A stretch of DNA of 64,000 bases from Minisyncoccota bacterium (GCA_041665925.1 JBAYHW010000002.1:26838-90837), one strand, 5' to 3'. Positions 24,256 to 34,714 are shown, counted from the first letter of the stretch. Numbers and translations: made by a program. Notes: generated by a model from the letters alone, not told the origin.

Positions 24256-25671
24256 ATGTCAGATAAAGTAGTAACAAGATTTGCGCCTTCGCCTACGGGT
24301 TTTATGCATGTGGGTGGAGTACGAACGGCTCTTTATGCTTGGCTTTTAGCCAAGAAAGAAAACGGACAGTTTATTTTACGTATTGAAGATACTGATAAAG
24401 AAAGAGAAGTGGAGGGGTCTATTGGCCATATTCAAGAGTCATTAAAATGGCTTGGGCTTAATTGGGATCAAGGTCCTGATATTGGCGGGCCACATGCTTC
24501 ATATATTCAATCTGAAAGATTAGATTTATATAAAAAATACGGTGAGCAACTTATCGAAAAAAATTTCGCCTATGCTGATCCTTATACAGAAGAAGAAATA
24601 GAAAATTTTAGAAAAAAATCTGAAGAAGATAAAAAGCCATTTTTATATCGCGAGCACAGACCCGAGAATCCGCCAATGTGGGATGGCACAAAGCCTCTTC
24701 GTTTTAAAGTTTCTGAATTAAAACGTACAGAATGGAAAGACATTGTCTGGGGAGATTTATCCGCAGGACCAGAAGCTCTAGATGATTTTATTTTAATAAA
24801 GAGTGACGGGTATCCGACTTATAACTTTGCCCACGTGGTGGACGACATAGAGATGGGAGTGACACACGTAATGCGTGGACAAGAATTTATTTCTTCTACG
24901 CCGAAGTTTCTGGCATTATACGAAGCGCTAGGTGCTACACCGCCACTTTTTGCTACGACTCCGCCAATAATGGGCCCTGATGGCAAGAAAAAGCTTTCTA
25001 AGCGTGATGGAGCGAAGGATCTACTGGATTATGAAAAAGAAGGCTACCTACCGGAAGCAATGATAAACTACCTTGCTTTTCTCGGTTTTAATCCCGGCGG
25101 AGAAAAAGAAATTTATACGCCAGAAGAATTGATAAAAGTTTTTGATTTAACTAAAATCCAACGCTCTGGTGCGAGATGGGACGACGAGAAATTAAACTGG
25201 ATGAATAAGGAACATATTAAATTACTTCCTAAAGAAGAAATTGAGAAAAACATTTTAGCTATATTGCCAGAGAGCATGCAAAATCCGAAACTTGTTCCAG
25301 TAATCTTAGAGAGGATTTCCAAATGGGGAGATGTAAAAGATATGGTAGCAAGAGGGGAGTTAGATCTATTTTTTAAAGCGCCTGAATTTGAGAAAAACAA
25401 ACTTATTTTTAAGAATACTTCACCCGAAAAAATAACTGAGAATTTAAATTCCGCAATTCAAACACTTTCTTCTTTGGAAGAAAAGAATTTTACGTATGAA
25501 AATATTAAAAACTCTCTGATGTCAATAGCCGATAAATTAGAGAGTAGGGGAGAGGTGCTTCATCCGGTGCGCTATGCCCTCTCAGGAAAAGATAAATCTC
25601 CAGATCCGTTTATTATTGCCGAGATTTTAGGAAAAAATGAAACTTTATCAAGACTACAAAACGCTATTTAA
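24256..25671 (+). CDS. gltX: Glutamyl-tRNA synthetase
   Basis: 471 aa. RFAPSPTGFMHVGGVRTALY (HIGH region) and KLSKRDG (KMSKS). Confidence 0.92.
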   Translation: MSDKVVTRFAPSPTGFMHVGGVRTALYAWLLAKKENGQFILRIEDTDKEREVEGSIGHIQESLKWLGLNWDQGPDIGGPHASYIQSERLDLYKKYGEQLIEKNFAYADPYTEEEIENFRKKSEEDKKPFLYREHRPENPPMWDGTKPLRFKVSELKRTEWKDIVWGDLSAGPEALDDFILIKSDGYPTYNFAHVVDDIEMGVTHVMRGQEFISSTPKFLALYEALGATPPLFATTPPIMGPDGKKKLSKRDGAKDLLDYEKEGYLPEAMINYLAFLGFNPGGEKEIYTPEELIKVFDLTKIQRSGARWDDEKLNWMNKEHIKLLPKEEIEKNILAILPESMQNPKLVPVILERISKWGDVKDMVARGELDLFFKAPEFEKNKLIFKNTSPEKITENLNSAIQTLSSLEEKNFTYENIKNSLMSIADKLESRGEVLHPVRYALSGKDKSPDPFIIAEILGKNETLSRLQNAI

Positions 25672-26899
25672 TATAATACTTTTATTGATTTTGGCTATAG
25701 CTCCGGTGGGTTTTTCTTATGCGCAGACTGCTGAAGAAATAAGAAATATGATTAATCAGAAAGATAATGACATAGCGGCGCTAGAAAAAGAAATTTCTTC
25801 CTACCAAAATCAACTTGAAACTCTAGGAAAACAGAAAAGCTCTCTGGCAAGCTCTATTAAACAACTTGATTTAACCAAGAAGAAATTGACGGCAGACATT
25901 GCAGTTACTCAAAATAAAATTGATAAAACAAATTTAAAAATAAAAAATCTAAGTTCGGATATAGGAACCAAAGAGAATTCTATTAATACCAACTTAGACT
26001 CAATTAAACTTGAAATAAGGAATACCAATGAATATGAACAAGAGAGCCTAGTGCAGAGTATCTTGTCCCAAGATGACTTTAGCCTTGTCTGGAACGATAT
26101 AGACAACATTGCTACTATAAGAGACAGGCTTAGGTCAAATATTGTGACCTTAAAACAGATGAAAGGTGAACTAGAAGATACTAGGCAGGTTACTATTGAT
26201 GCTAAAAATGAACTTACTAAATTAAAATCTCAACTTTCCGCTCAACATAAAATAGTTATCCAGAATACAAACGAGAAAAATAAATTACTTCAACAAACAA
26301 AAAACAATGAAGCCAACTATCAAACTTTATTGAAAGACAGAATTGCAAAGAAAGAAGCATTCGAAAAGGAGCTTAGTGATTATGAAGATCAACTTAAATT
26401 TATCCTAGATCCGTCCCAGCTTCCCAAGGGGCGGGTTTTAAGTTGGCCACTCGATAAGATACTGGTGACTTCGCCTTATGCTCCTAGATGGGGGGGCTTT
26501 CACAGAGGGACTGACTTTAGGGCTTCTATAGGTACTCCAGTGAAAGCTATGGCCGATGGGGTAGTAAAAGGGGCTGGAGATACGGATTTATGCTGCCCAG
26601 GAGCCTCCTATGGTAAATGGATCTTCATTGAATACAACAATGGGCTTTCTAGTACCTTCGGGCACCTTTCTCTTATTTCTGTTTCTTCTGGACAAAGGGT
26701 CAAAAGAGGACAAGTGGTTGGATATAGCGGGAATACAGGATCTTCTACAGGACCACATCTGCATGTTTCTTTATATGTCTCAAGTGGAGTTAAGGTAGAT
26801 TCATTTCCTAGTAAATCCTATAAAGGCAAGACACTAATTCAGCCAATTTCAGCGATAGAAGCCTACATTGATCCTATGAAGTATCTTCCTCCACTATAA
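25637..26899 (+). CDS. M23-family peptidase with long N-terminal coiled coil (EnvC-like)
   Basis: 420 aa. Signal peptide, ~250 aa heptad-rich region, then an M23 domain with HRGTDF...GTPVKAMADGVV and GNTGSSTGPHLHVS. Confidence 0.8.
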   Translation: MKLYQDYKTLFNIILLLILAIAPVGFSYAQTAEEIRNMINQKDNDIAALEKEISSYQNQLETLGKQKSSLASSIKQLDLTKKKLTADIAVTQNKIDKTNLKIKNLSSDIGTKENSINTNLDSIKLEIRNTNEYEQESLVQSILSQDDFSLVWNDIDNIATIRDRLRSNIVTLKQMKGELEDTRQVTIDAKNELTKLKSQLSAQHKIVIQNTNEKNKLLQQTKNNEANYQTLLKDRIAKKEAFEKELSDYEDQLKFILDPSQLPKGRVLSWPLDKILVTSPYAPRWGGFHRGTDFRASIGTPVKAMADGVVKGAGDTDLCCPGASYGKWIFIEYNNGLSSTFGHLSLISVSSGQRVKRGQVVGYSGNTGSSTGPHLHVSLYVSSGVKVDSFPSKSYKGKTLIQPISAIEAYIDPMKYLPPL

Positions 26900-26945
26900 G
26901 CAAAATCATTTGCCACTTTTAAATATTTAGTGGTAAAATATAGGC

Positions 26946-27098
26946 ATGAAACATAAATTAAAAAATAATCAGCAAGGGGGGTTCCTTCAATTAATTCTCT
27001 TTATTGTTATTGCATTACTTATAATGAAATATTTTAATATTACTATCTCTGACATCATTAACTGGTTTCAATCTTTATTTGGAAGTGTTTTACGATAA
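26946..27098 (+). CDS. Possible small membrane peptide (50 aa)
   Basis: Unannotated ORF MKHKLKNNQQGGFLQLILFIVIALLIMKYFNITISDIINWFQSLFGSVLR with a single hydrophobic helix. No strong RBS. Confidence 0.2.
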   Translation: MKHKLKNNQQGGFLQLILFIVIALLIMKYFNITISDIINWFQSLFGSVLR

Positions 27099-27119
27099 AT
27101 TAATAATTTAATTTAAAAA

Positions 27120-27443
27120 ATGAAAAATTATAATAAAAATGCAGGGCTAAGTATACTAGGAATCCTGTTTTTAGGAGTTATTATTATTCTTGTATTAAGT
27201 TACTTCAACATTAGCATAAAATCGGTGGTAGACAGCCCTACAGCCCAAGAAAACATCGATTATGTCGGGGGAGGCACCAAGAGCCTTTGGACGACCTATT
27301 TGGCGGAACCCGCAGATTATCTTTGGAATGATATCTGGTTGCCAATTTTTTGGAGACCATTTGTTTCTAACATGGAGCGCATTCGTGATGGATTGCCTAC
27401 AGATGTAGATCGAGCGGCTAATAACCTCCAAATTCAGCAATAA
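27120..27443 (+). CDS. Hypothetical single-pass membrane protein (107 aa)
   Basis: N-terminal TM helix (LSILGILFLGVIIILVLSYF). No recognisable domain. Confidence 0.4.
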   Translation: MKNYNKNAGLSILGILFLGVIIILVLSYFNISIKSVVDSPTAQENIDYVGGGTKSLWTTYLAEPADYLWNDIWLPIFWRPFVSNMERIRDGLPTDVDRAANNLQIQQ

Positions 27444-27534
27444 TTGAGGGGAGGGCTTTTCTATATTAGCACTTCAATACTTGTTACCCAACATATATTG
27501 TGCGACACGTACCTATATTATAAACACGGCTCCC

Positions 27535-27864
27535 CTAATACATTTGGCTCTTTATCTTTTTCAATTCTGCGATAATGTTTTCATCAGTAATTTTTGTAAA
27601 TCTTTTTATAGTTTTATTTTCTTTTATTACATTCCCCATCCACATTTCGAGTGGTCTTAGGTCATAAAATTTTCCAGCCTTGAAAGCCTTACTTTCATAA
27701 ATTGGCATGTATACTGCCATGTTCGCATCTTCAGGCCTACAATCATCTTCACTATGTATCCCCACCCCTATTAGCTCATAAGCGTAGTTGTTTATAGAAA
27801 TGGTTGGATCATGCTTATAATGATAGTAGAAACCTTTCTCTGGAATTTTTTCTGGAACTTTCAT
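27535..27864 (-). CDS. DUF1653-like small protein
   Basis: 109 aa. GFYYHYKHDP...YAYELIGVGIHSE...VYMPIYE resembles the DUF1653 consensus (YRHYKG..Y.V.G.A.HTE...VVYR.LY). Confidence 0.45.
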   Translation of the reverse strand: MKVPEKIPEKGFYYHYKHDPTISINNYAYELIGVGIHSEDDCRPEDANMAVYMPIYESKAFKAGKFYDLRPLEMWMGNVIKENKTIKRFTKITDENIIAELKKIKSQMY

Positions 27865-27870
27865 ATTGTT

Positions 27871-28254
27871 TTAATTACACGAGGTTGATAAGGTATAACC
27901 AGCTTGTTCTGCCTGTTCAGCTGTTGCAAAATATACTCTATTTTCTTGTTTGATAGTTTTTCCTGCTGAGCAACCCAAAGAATAATACTTACTCCCCCTA
28001 CTGGAGGCAAAGAAACTTTTGTCAATTCCGGAAGTTTGGTTTTCAGTACTCGGAACACTAGAAATAATATTTGCTGACTGATTTGATATAGCCTTACCAT
28101 ACTGGTCTGTATATTCTATTTTGAGGCCTGAAGTATCATTTTGTTTAGATAATCTACCGAGTTCAAAGGACCCTAACCCTACTAAAATGACTATAAGCAC
28201 AATTAGGATGTCCTTCCCTTTCTCGCTTGTGATAAATTGCTTGATTTTTTCCAT
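27871..28254 (-). CDS. Membrane-anchored hypothetical protein with C-terminal Ada-Zn-binding-like motif
   Basis: Start moved to MEKIKQF (ATG 28254). One TM helix. C-terminal KYYSLGCSAGKTIKQENRVYFATAEQAEQAGY resembles the Ada metal-binding fold pattern but has only 2 Cys. Confidence 0.4.
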   Translation of the reverse strand: MEKIKQFITSEKGKDILIVLIVILVGLGSFELGRLSKQNDTSGLKIEYTDQYGKAISNQSANIISSVPSTENQTSGIDKSFFASSRGSKYYSLGCSAGKTIKQENRVYFATAEQAEQAGYTLSTSCN

Positions 28255-28311
28255 ATAATTGGCTATACTCCTTTTGCTAGTAATTTTAACATTAAATAAG
28301 ACAAAGACAAT

Positions 28312-28584
28312 ATGGCACATAGAAAAGCCGGCGGAACCGCCAAAAACTTAAGAGACTCAAACCCAAAATACCTCGGTATTAAGCTTGCAGACGGGCAAAT
28401 GGCTCAAGCGGGCTCTATAATCGTACGTCAGCGCGGGACAGCCATTATGGCCGGTACAAACGTATCTGTAGGTAAAGATCATACCCTATTTGCCCTTAAA
28501 CCTGGAGTTGTAAAATTCGGCTCTAAGCGTAAAACCTCCTTCCATGGGAAATCCGCAGTCAAGAAAACAGTAAACGTAATTTAA
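28312..28584 (+). CDS. rpmA: 50S ribosomal protein L27
   Basis: 90 aa. [24 protein letters not shown]...[26 protein letters not shown] is the canonical L27 sequence pattern. Confidence 0.92.
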   Translation: MAHRKAGGTAKNLRDSNPKYLGIKLADGQMAQAGSIIVRQRGTAIMAGTNVSVGKDHTLFALKPGVVKFGSKRKTSFHGKSAVKKTVNVI

Positions 28585-28625
28585 ACTAAAAATCCCCACT
28601 AAGGGGATTTTTAGTTTGGGTATCT

Positions 28626-29405
28626 TTACTGGCTGGAGCTTGAAAATAATTCTTTTGCGCGGGGTAATTCCCCTGGCGCACCTGGTTTTTTGTGGAGTCG
28701 CAAGGAAGATTTACCCACTTGCACCTCAACTTCTGGGCATTTTTCTGAGAGCGCCTTGGCCCAAGCTTTAACCTTGGGTTCTGTAATCGGAGGTATCTCA
28801 TTTAAACCTTCAAACTGCACAAAGATAAGACCGTTTTCATTTAACAGCTTATACCAACTTCGGATTGTGTGATCTAGGATAGCTGAATCCATTCTCATGT
28901 CGTAAAGAGGCGCTACGATTCTAGAAATTATCAAATCAACTTTTTGTGTGTTGAGGGTGTGTTTAAGTCGGATAAAAGTTTTAACATCAAAAATATCGCC
29001 TGCAACTATAGTATGGTGATACATTTCGTCGATGACCTTCTCTTTTGTTTTGCGCACATCTTTAAGACAAATTCCAGCAGTACGGTTAAAAAATCCTTCA
29101 GAGAAAGATCTAAACAATGCCGAGCCTGGGCCACCGAGCTCTATGGCGATGTTGTGCCCAGAATTCTGGAGAACCTGCTCGATGTATTGTCTAAACATTT
29201 CCGCTATTTGCTGAAGACCTGGTTCTCTAGAATCATAAAGTTTCTGGTACGGCGGTAAGACTTCTTTAAAAGTTGAAGCGAATCTCTCTATCGGGGAATC
29301 GTAAGCTGACCAACTACCCTCTTCCTTTTTTTGTTTTTCTGCAGTATCCCGGTTGATCCTTACAGCTCTTCTTAGCTTGCTGAAATTATTAGTTTCTAAG
29401 GCCAT
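28626..29405 (-). CDS. Class I SAM-dependent methyltransferase-like protein with basic C-terminal tail
   Basis: 259 aa. Motif I IELGGPGS, post-I CLKD, motif II VAGDIFD, motif III VDLIISR. Substrate unknown. Confidence 0.5.
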   Translation of the reverse strand: MALETNNFSKLRRAVRINRDTAEKQKKEEGSWSAYDSPIERFASTFKEVLPPYQKLYDSREPGLQQIAEMFRQYIEQVLQNSGHNIAIELGGPGSALFRSFSEGFFNRTAGICLKDVRKTKEKVIDEMYHHTIVAGDIFDVKTFIRLKHTLNTQKVDLIISRIVAPLYDMRMDSAILDHTIRSWYKLLNENGLIFVQFEGLNEIPPITEPKVKAWAKALSEKCPEVEVQVGKSSLRLHKKPGAPGELPRAKELFSSSSQ

Positions 29406-29413
29406 AATTATTC

Positions 29414-29857
29414 TTAAAACTTCAAAATTATTAGTTTAAACGAAGATTTTTTGTGTTTGATTTCAATTGGAATTTCAAACTCCCCTATTTCTTTCAGCGG
29501 TTTTTCTAGTATTATGAATTCAGCGCTAATGTCGGCGTGATTTTGTTTTTTCATTTCTTCTACGATTTCTTTCGTATGGATGCCTTTAAAAAGGTGTCCT
29601 TTTTCATCTGCCTTAGCCTTTATGGTGAGGACTTTGCCTTTGATTTCTTCTAAATTTTTCATTAAAAGATCTTCTTGCACTTCCCTCTCTATTTCAATAT
29701 TTTTCTTTCTTTTTTCTAAATCAGCGACAGCTTTCGGCGTGGCAATTTCTGCAAGTTTTCTCGGAATTAAAAAATTCATAACGTAACCGTCATTTACTTC
29801 TTTTATGTCATGCCTCTTCCCTACTCTAGGCACATCTTGTAAAAAAATTACACGCAT
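29414..29857 (-). CDS. rplI: 50S ribosomal protein L9
   Basis: 147 aa. MRVIFLQDVPRVGKRHDIKEVNDGYVMNFLIPRKLA is the conserved L9 N-domain. Confidence 0.88.
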   Translation of the reverse strand: MRVIFLQDVPRVGKRHDIKEVNDGYVMNFLIPRKLAEIATPKAVADLEKRKKNIEIEREVQEDLLMKNLEEIKGKVLTIKAKADEKGHLFKGIHTKEIVEEMKKQNHADISAEFIILEKPLKEIGEFEIPIEIKHKKSSFKLIILKF

Positions 29858-29861
29858 ATTT

Positions 29862-31100
29862 TTATTTCAATAATAATTCTACTGCCTTACTAAGTTGTGG
29901 ATCTATTTTTGCTTCTACATCTTTGGCCGTAACCTTTACCTCATAGTCTGGGGTCAAGCCCTTTTCGGAAATAGAAGTTCCATCTGGAGTTAACCATTTG
30001 GCTACAGTAATTTTTAAAAGAGTATCAGGGGTTAGCTTAACAACTTCTTGCACGGAGCCTTTACCGAAGCTCTGGGTCCCTACGAGTTTAGCTTTGCCAT
30101 TGTTCTGTAGCGCTCCCGCTAGAATTTCCGAAGCTGATGCCGAGCCACCATCTATCAAAATAACAAATTTTAATTTATCATTGAATATATCGTAGCCTTT
30201 GCTCCTATAAATATCCTGCTCTTTCTTGTCACCATAATCTTCAGTGACAACCACTTTCCCGTTTGGTAGGAACCAGCTGGCCATGCTTACAGCCGCATCC
30301 AAGTATCCTCCCGGGTTGCCTCGTAAATCAAGTAAAAGTTTATCGGTCTTGGCTTCGACAAATTCTTTCATCGCAGCTCGGAAAAGGTTGGCTGATGTTG
30401 CCGAAAAACTATAAAGTTTAATTACAAAAATTCCATCCTTGCGTAATTCTGTATCTAAAGTTGGAATACTGACTGTGTCGCGGACTATAACCACGTCTTT
30501 CGGTTGTTTTTCTCCTTCACGAAAAATCGTAAGAGTAACTGTCGATCCCTTTGGTCCTCGAATTAACTTTATAGCCCCGTCAATTCCTAAATCTGATGTA
30601 GAGGTATTGTTGATTTTTAAAATTTTATCACCAGACTTAATTCCAGCTCGGTAGGCCGGAGTATCTTTAAGTGGAGCTATGACCGTGAGGACATTATCTT
30701 TTATGCCTACTTCCATTCCTATTCCTTCAAAATTGCCGGAGATCTCTTCTTCGAAGGATTTAGCTTCTGTGGGTTTGAAAAACACAGTGTAGGGGTCATT
30801 TAAAGCGCCCACAAGCCCTGAAATTGCGCCGTAAACCCTATCTTGGTCGGTTATCTTATCAGCACTTAAGGACTTCTCATTGAGCGTATTCCAAGCTTTC
30901 CAAAATGGCGCGAAATCAGCCGTTGTAGTTACCGCAGTTTCCTTACCTGAAATGCCTGCAACTTTTTCTATCTCTGATCTATTTTGAATACCCACATAAA
31001 CACCTGCAATAAAAAACAATCCTATCAATATGACAGTAATTAAATATTGTTTTGTTTTAGAAAAATTCTCCATGTTGCATCTATTCTTCTGTAGCTTCAA
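29862..31100 (-). CDS. ctpA: Carboxyl-terminal processing protease (S41, tail-specific protease)
   Basis: 412 aa. TM anchor, PDZ domain, and the S41 catalytic region LDLRGNPGGYLDAAVSMASWF. Confidence 0.85.
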   Translation of the reverse strand: MKLQKNRCNMENFSKTKQYLITVILIGLFFIAGVYVGIQNRSEIEKVAGISGKETAVTTTADFAPFWKAWNTLNEKSLSADKITDQDRVYGAISGLVGALNDPYTVFFKPTEAKSFEEEISGNFEGIGMEVGIKDNVLTVIAPLKDTPAYRAGIKSGDKILKINNTSTSDLGIDGAIKLIRGPKGSTVTLTIFREGEKQPKDVVIVRDTVSIPTLDTELRKDGIFVIKLYSFSATSANLFRAAMKEFVEAKTDKLLLDLRGNPGGYLDAAVSMASWFLPNGKVVVTEDYGDKKEQDIYRSKGYDIFNDKLKFVILIDGGSASASEILAGALQNNGKAKLVGTQSFGKGSVQEVVKLTPDTLLKITVAKWLTPDGTSISEKGLTPDYEVKVTAKDVEAKIDPQLSKAVELLLK

Positions 31101-31350
31101 TAACTACCTCTTCTTCAATTACGGCGTCATTAAAATTGTTTTCTTTAAAATTGTCGAAGGGTCTATCCTGCAATTCTTTTATTTTGTGTTCTTTGTAGAT
31201 TGTGTAGCTGAAATAAGCTAAGGCTAATCCGGAAAGAGTAGTCAGTATGTCTTTCCATGAATATGGGAAACCCGTGTAGGGTATAATAGCTACCCAAATA
31301 CCCAAAATTAAAAGTGTTCGTGCTTTTTTCATACCTATAGTATATTTCAC
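31081..31350 (-). CDS. Hypothetical small membrane protein (89 aa)
   Basis: Two predicted TM helices and an acidic C-terminal tail. Overlaps ctpA start. Confidence 0.4.
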   Translation of the reverse strand: MKYTIGMKKARTLLILGIWVAIIPYTGFPYSWKDILTTLSGLALAYFSYTIYKEHKIKELQDRPFDNFKENNFNDAVIEEEVVIEATEE

Positions 31351-31373
31351 GTTGGCTTTTAATGCAAATAGGT

Positions 31374-33068
31374 TTATTTAAAATATTCTGGGGTATTTAT
31401 CGACATCCAATCAATAAGTTGGCGCATTACCGAAGATGCTCCCACGCTATTCGTATTAGGTCCAGCTTCCATCATTATGGCAAAAGCGTACCTTGGATTT
31501 TCGTATGGGAAAAAGCCAATTACCCAGGAATTTACCTTGTTCTTGTTGACTCCAAGCTGCGCAGTACCTGTCTTCGCAGCAATTTTTACATAAGGTACAT
31601 TGAGAGATGTCGCGGTGCCGAATGTAACGGTGCCTCGCATCCCTTCATGGATAAAATTGTAATATTCTTGACTTAAATCAAGAGTAGTAAATTTATTTTC
31701 TTTTTCTTTATCACCTAGCACTAAGTGTGGGGTTAAAAGTTTTCCTCTATTCGCTATGGCGCCAGTAGCTCGAACCATCTCTATTGGAGTAACCTGGAAG
31801 CCATATTGCCCTATGGCTGTATGATAAGTATCTCCAATGCGCCAGGGGTCTCCTTTAAAATTTTTTAGTTTCCATTCTGGGCTTGGAATAGTCCCCTGTT
31901 TCTCATCAGGTAAATCTATTCCTGTTTTTTCTCCAAAACCGAAAAGTCTCGCATATTTTTCTATGTTGGCAATACCTAAACCTTTTTGACCTTCAAATCC
32001 TCCGCCAACTTCGTAAAAATATATGTCTGACGACACAGCTATAGCTTCCATCATATTAGTCCAGCCGTTAACTCTCCAGTCCTTAAAGACAGTTTTCTGG
32101 TCTGGGAAATACGGGTTTGGAATAGATATGGAGCCCGTGGATAAAATTTTCTTATAAGGATCAATAACTCCTTCCGCTAAAGCCCCGATTGCAAAGAACG
32201 GTTTCACTATTGACCCAGGAGTATAAAGTCCAGAAATATCCCTGTCTAAGAAAACTTTCCTCTTGTCATTAAAATAATTTTTTATCGTTGGAGCATCTTT
32301 TCCTATTGATAATATTTCTGAGCTATATTCTGGAAAGCTTGTGGAAGTAATAATTTCTCCATTTGTGGCATCCATTATTATTCCCGATCCTCCCGTAAAG
32401 GCTTTATCAGTAGAAAGATTGCCAATCAATTTAAATAATTCTTTTTGTATTCTGGAGTCTATGGTTGTAATTAGGTCTGTGCCTTGTTTTGGAGCGTTGA
32501 CAATGTTTTCTGAGTATACCTTACCTAGGGCATCTGTTTCTATTATTTTTGCTCCGTTTTCTCCTTTAAGAGTATTATTATATTGTTTTTCTAAGCCGTC
32601 TTTTCCTATAAATTCTCCCTGCCAAAAGTTGCCAGTCTTATCTTTTGTTGGGTAACTTACATATCCCATTACATGAGAAAACCCTGGGGACAAATATGCC
32701 CGAGTGGGTACGGTGTCTAACTCCTCTTTCTTGTTCCAGACCATTGCTGTCTTATTGCGATCATAAATTATTCCCCTATCGGTAAAGATTATTGCTTTTT
32801 CTAGAACATTGTTTTGACTTCGATTAAAATATGCCTCACCTTTTTCTATCTGTAGATATATAAGTCGAGTCCCGAAAATTCCAGTAAAAAATAAAAATAA
32901 AATTCCAAGAAGTAGAATCGTCTTTTTTGGAATAGGTCTTTCTATGCGTCCTTCAAATTGCTGACTGTCAAAATTCTGGAGATTCCTTGAATCTAGAAAA
33001 ATTTCATCGGGTTCGACGAACGTGTTCTTTGTTCTTAGGCTATTTTTCTTAATTATTCTGGTTATCAT
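31374..33068 (-). CDS. Class B penicillin-binding protein (PBP2/FtsI-type transpeptidase)
   Basis: 564 aa. N-terminal TM anchor and dimerisation domain. Transpeptidase motifs SIVKP (SxxK), SSD (SxN-like) and KTGTAQ. Confidence 0.85.
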   Translation of the reverse strand: MITRIIKKNSLRTKNTFVEPDEIFLDSRNLQNFDSQQFEGRIERPIPKKTILLLGILFLFFTGIFGTRLIYLQIEKGEAYFNRSQNNVLEKAIIFTDRGIIYDRNKTAMVWNKKEELDTVPTRAYLSPGFSHVMGYVSYPTKDKTGNFWQGEFIGKDGLEKQYNNTLKGENGAKIIETDALGKVYSENIVNAPKQGTDLITTIDSRIQKELFKLIGNLSTDKAFTGGSGIIMDATNGEIITSTSFPEYSSEILSIGKDAPTIKNYFNDKRKVFLDRDISGLYTPGSIVKPFFAIGALAEGVIDPYKKILSTGSISIPNPYFPDQKTVFKDWRVNGWTNMMEAIAVSSDIYFYEVGGGFEGQKGLGIANIEKYARLFGFGEKTGIDLPDEKQGTIPSPEWKLKNFKGDPWRIGDTYHTAIGQYGFQVTPIEMVRATGAIANRGKLLTPHLVLGDKEKENKFTTLDLSQEYYNFIHEGMRGTVTFGTATSLNVPYVKIAAKTGTAQLGVNKNKVNSWVIGFFPYENPRYAFAIMMEAGPNTNSVGASSVMRQLIDWMSINTPEYFK

Positions 33069-33337
33069 TTTCGTAAGAATTCTAAATTTGAGCTTCTTTT
33101 AAAAGCTTCGACTAAAAGGATTACTATTATAGAAATAAAAAAAGAAACAAAAATCATTCCTGAAAACTTCGCCTCTTTTACTCCATAAAGTACATCAGAC
33201 AACAAAAGCAGTGTCACAGCCTCCCAATAGTGTGAGAAATATACCATTCCCACTATGGCTAGCAAAACAGATAGCCAAAAAGGCCAAAAAATGACAGAAA
33301 TAAAAAGTAAAATTGAGAAAAGAATTCTGGGTACCAT
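33065..33337 (-). CDS. Hypothetical small membrane protein (90 aa), possibly MreD-like
   Basis: Three hydrophobic helices. Translationally coupled upstream of the PBP2 gene, the position MreD usually occupies. No sequence motif to confirm. Confidence 0.35.
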   Translation of the reverse strand: MVPRILFSILLFISVIFWPFWLSVLLAIVGMVYFSHYWEAVTLLLLSDVLYGVKEAKFSGMIFVSFFISIIVILLVEAFKRSSNLEFLRK

Positions 33338-33346
33338 ATACCCATA

Positions 33347-34714
33347 TTACAAGGATGCGAGTTTTGGTGCAAGGCCTACGTAGTTTTCTGGAGTAATTCC
33401 CAGAAGCTCTTTTTTTATTTTATCGCTGACATTCAGGGAGCGTATGAATTGATGGATGTCTTCTAGTGTAACTTTTTTCCCACGAGTAAGATCCTTCAAT
33501 TTTTCATACGGTGTTTCTACTCCTTCTCTGCGCAATATAGTCTGAATAGCTTCAGTAATGACCTCAGGGTGTTCCAATAAAGTCTTCACAACTTTCTCTT
33601 TATTAACTTCTATTCTAGATAATCCACTTAGTAAATATTCATATGCAATAAGTGAGTGTGCGAAGGCTACGCCGAAATTTCTTTCTACTGTAGAGTCAGA
33701 TAGGTCACGCTGTAGACGCGAAATCGGAAGTTTTCTAGCGAAAAATTCAAAGAGAGAATTAGCTAACCCAAAATTTCCTTCACTGTTTTCAAAGAAAATC
33801 GGATTTATTTTATGTGGCATTGTAGATGATCCTACTTCCCCTGCTTTTGGTTTCTGGACTACCCATTCGTCAGAAATATATCTCCAGATATCTTGGTTGA
33901 AATCAAGTAAAATTGTGTTTATTCTCCTGAGCGTATCGAAAATTGCTACATAACTATCATGGCATTCAATCTGGGTGGTAATAAGATTTGGCGCTAGCTT
34001 CTGTGTTCTTTTTTTATTAAAGCTCTCAATATATTTTTTACTGAATTCTATCCAATTTACATGTGGGTATGCTGACATGTGAGCATTAAAATTTCCCGTT
34101 GCCCCGTTTAACTTAGCTGCAATTTTTATGCTTTCTAATCCTTCCAATCTTTTCTCTATCCTTGTGGCGAAAACTTTCATTTCTTTGCCGAAAGTTGTAG
34201 GAGAAGCAGGCTGTCCATGGGTGCGAGCTAGCATGGGTAGATTTTTGTATTTTTTTGCAAGTAGATTTAATTCTGAGATTATCTTTTCAATTTTAGGAAT
34301 TAAAACATTTTCTAGAGAACCTGAAAGCATTAAGGCGTAAGCTATGTTGTTCGTATCTTCGGAAGTTAAAGCAAAATGTACCCACTCCACACTATCCTTG
34401 AGGGAAGTTTTTTCCAATTTTTCTTTAATAAAGTATTCTACAGCTTTAACGTCGTGATTTGTGGTATTTTCTATTTCTTTTATATTTTTATATGAAACTT
34501 CATTAAATTTTTCAGAAAGGTTTCTGATAATTTTTATTTCAGCTGGAGTAAATTTTCTTAGAGCTGTTTTCCTGGAAAGCGAAAGAGCAATTAAGTATTC
34601 ACCCTCCATCAATACTCGATATTTCATTAAAGCCTCTTCGGAGAAATAAGCCGCAAGCGCGTGAGTTTTTTCAAAATATCTTCCATCTATTGGACTGATA
34701 ACATTATTATACAT
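33347..34714 (-). CDS. purB: Adenylosuccinate lyase
   Basis: 455 aa. SPIDGRY N-terminus and fumarate-lyase signature SSTMPHKINP. Confidence 0.9.
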   Translation of the reverse strand: MYNNVISPIDGRYFEKTHALAAYFSEEALMKYRVLMEGEYLIALSLSRKTALRKFTPAEIKIIRNLSEKFNEVSYKNIKEIENTTNHDVKAVEYFIKEKLEKTSLKDSVEWVHFALTSEDTNNIAYALMLSGSLENVLIPKIEKIISELNLLAKKYKNLPMLARTHGQPASPTTFGKEMKVFATRIEKRLEGLESIKIAAKLNGATGNFNAHMSAYPHVNWIEFSKKYIESFNKKRTQKLAPNLITTQIECHDSYVAIFDTLRRINTILLDFNQDIWRYISDEWVVQKPKAGEVGSSTMPHKINPIFFENSEGNFGLANSLFEFFARKLPISRLQRDLSDSTVERNFGVAFAHSLIAYEYLLSGLSRIEVNKEKVVKTLLEHPEVITEAIQTILRREGVETPYEKLKDLTRGKKVTLEDIHQFIRSLNVSDKIKKELLGITPENYVGLAPKLASL

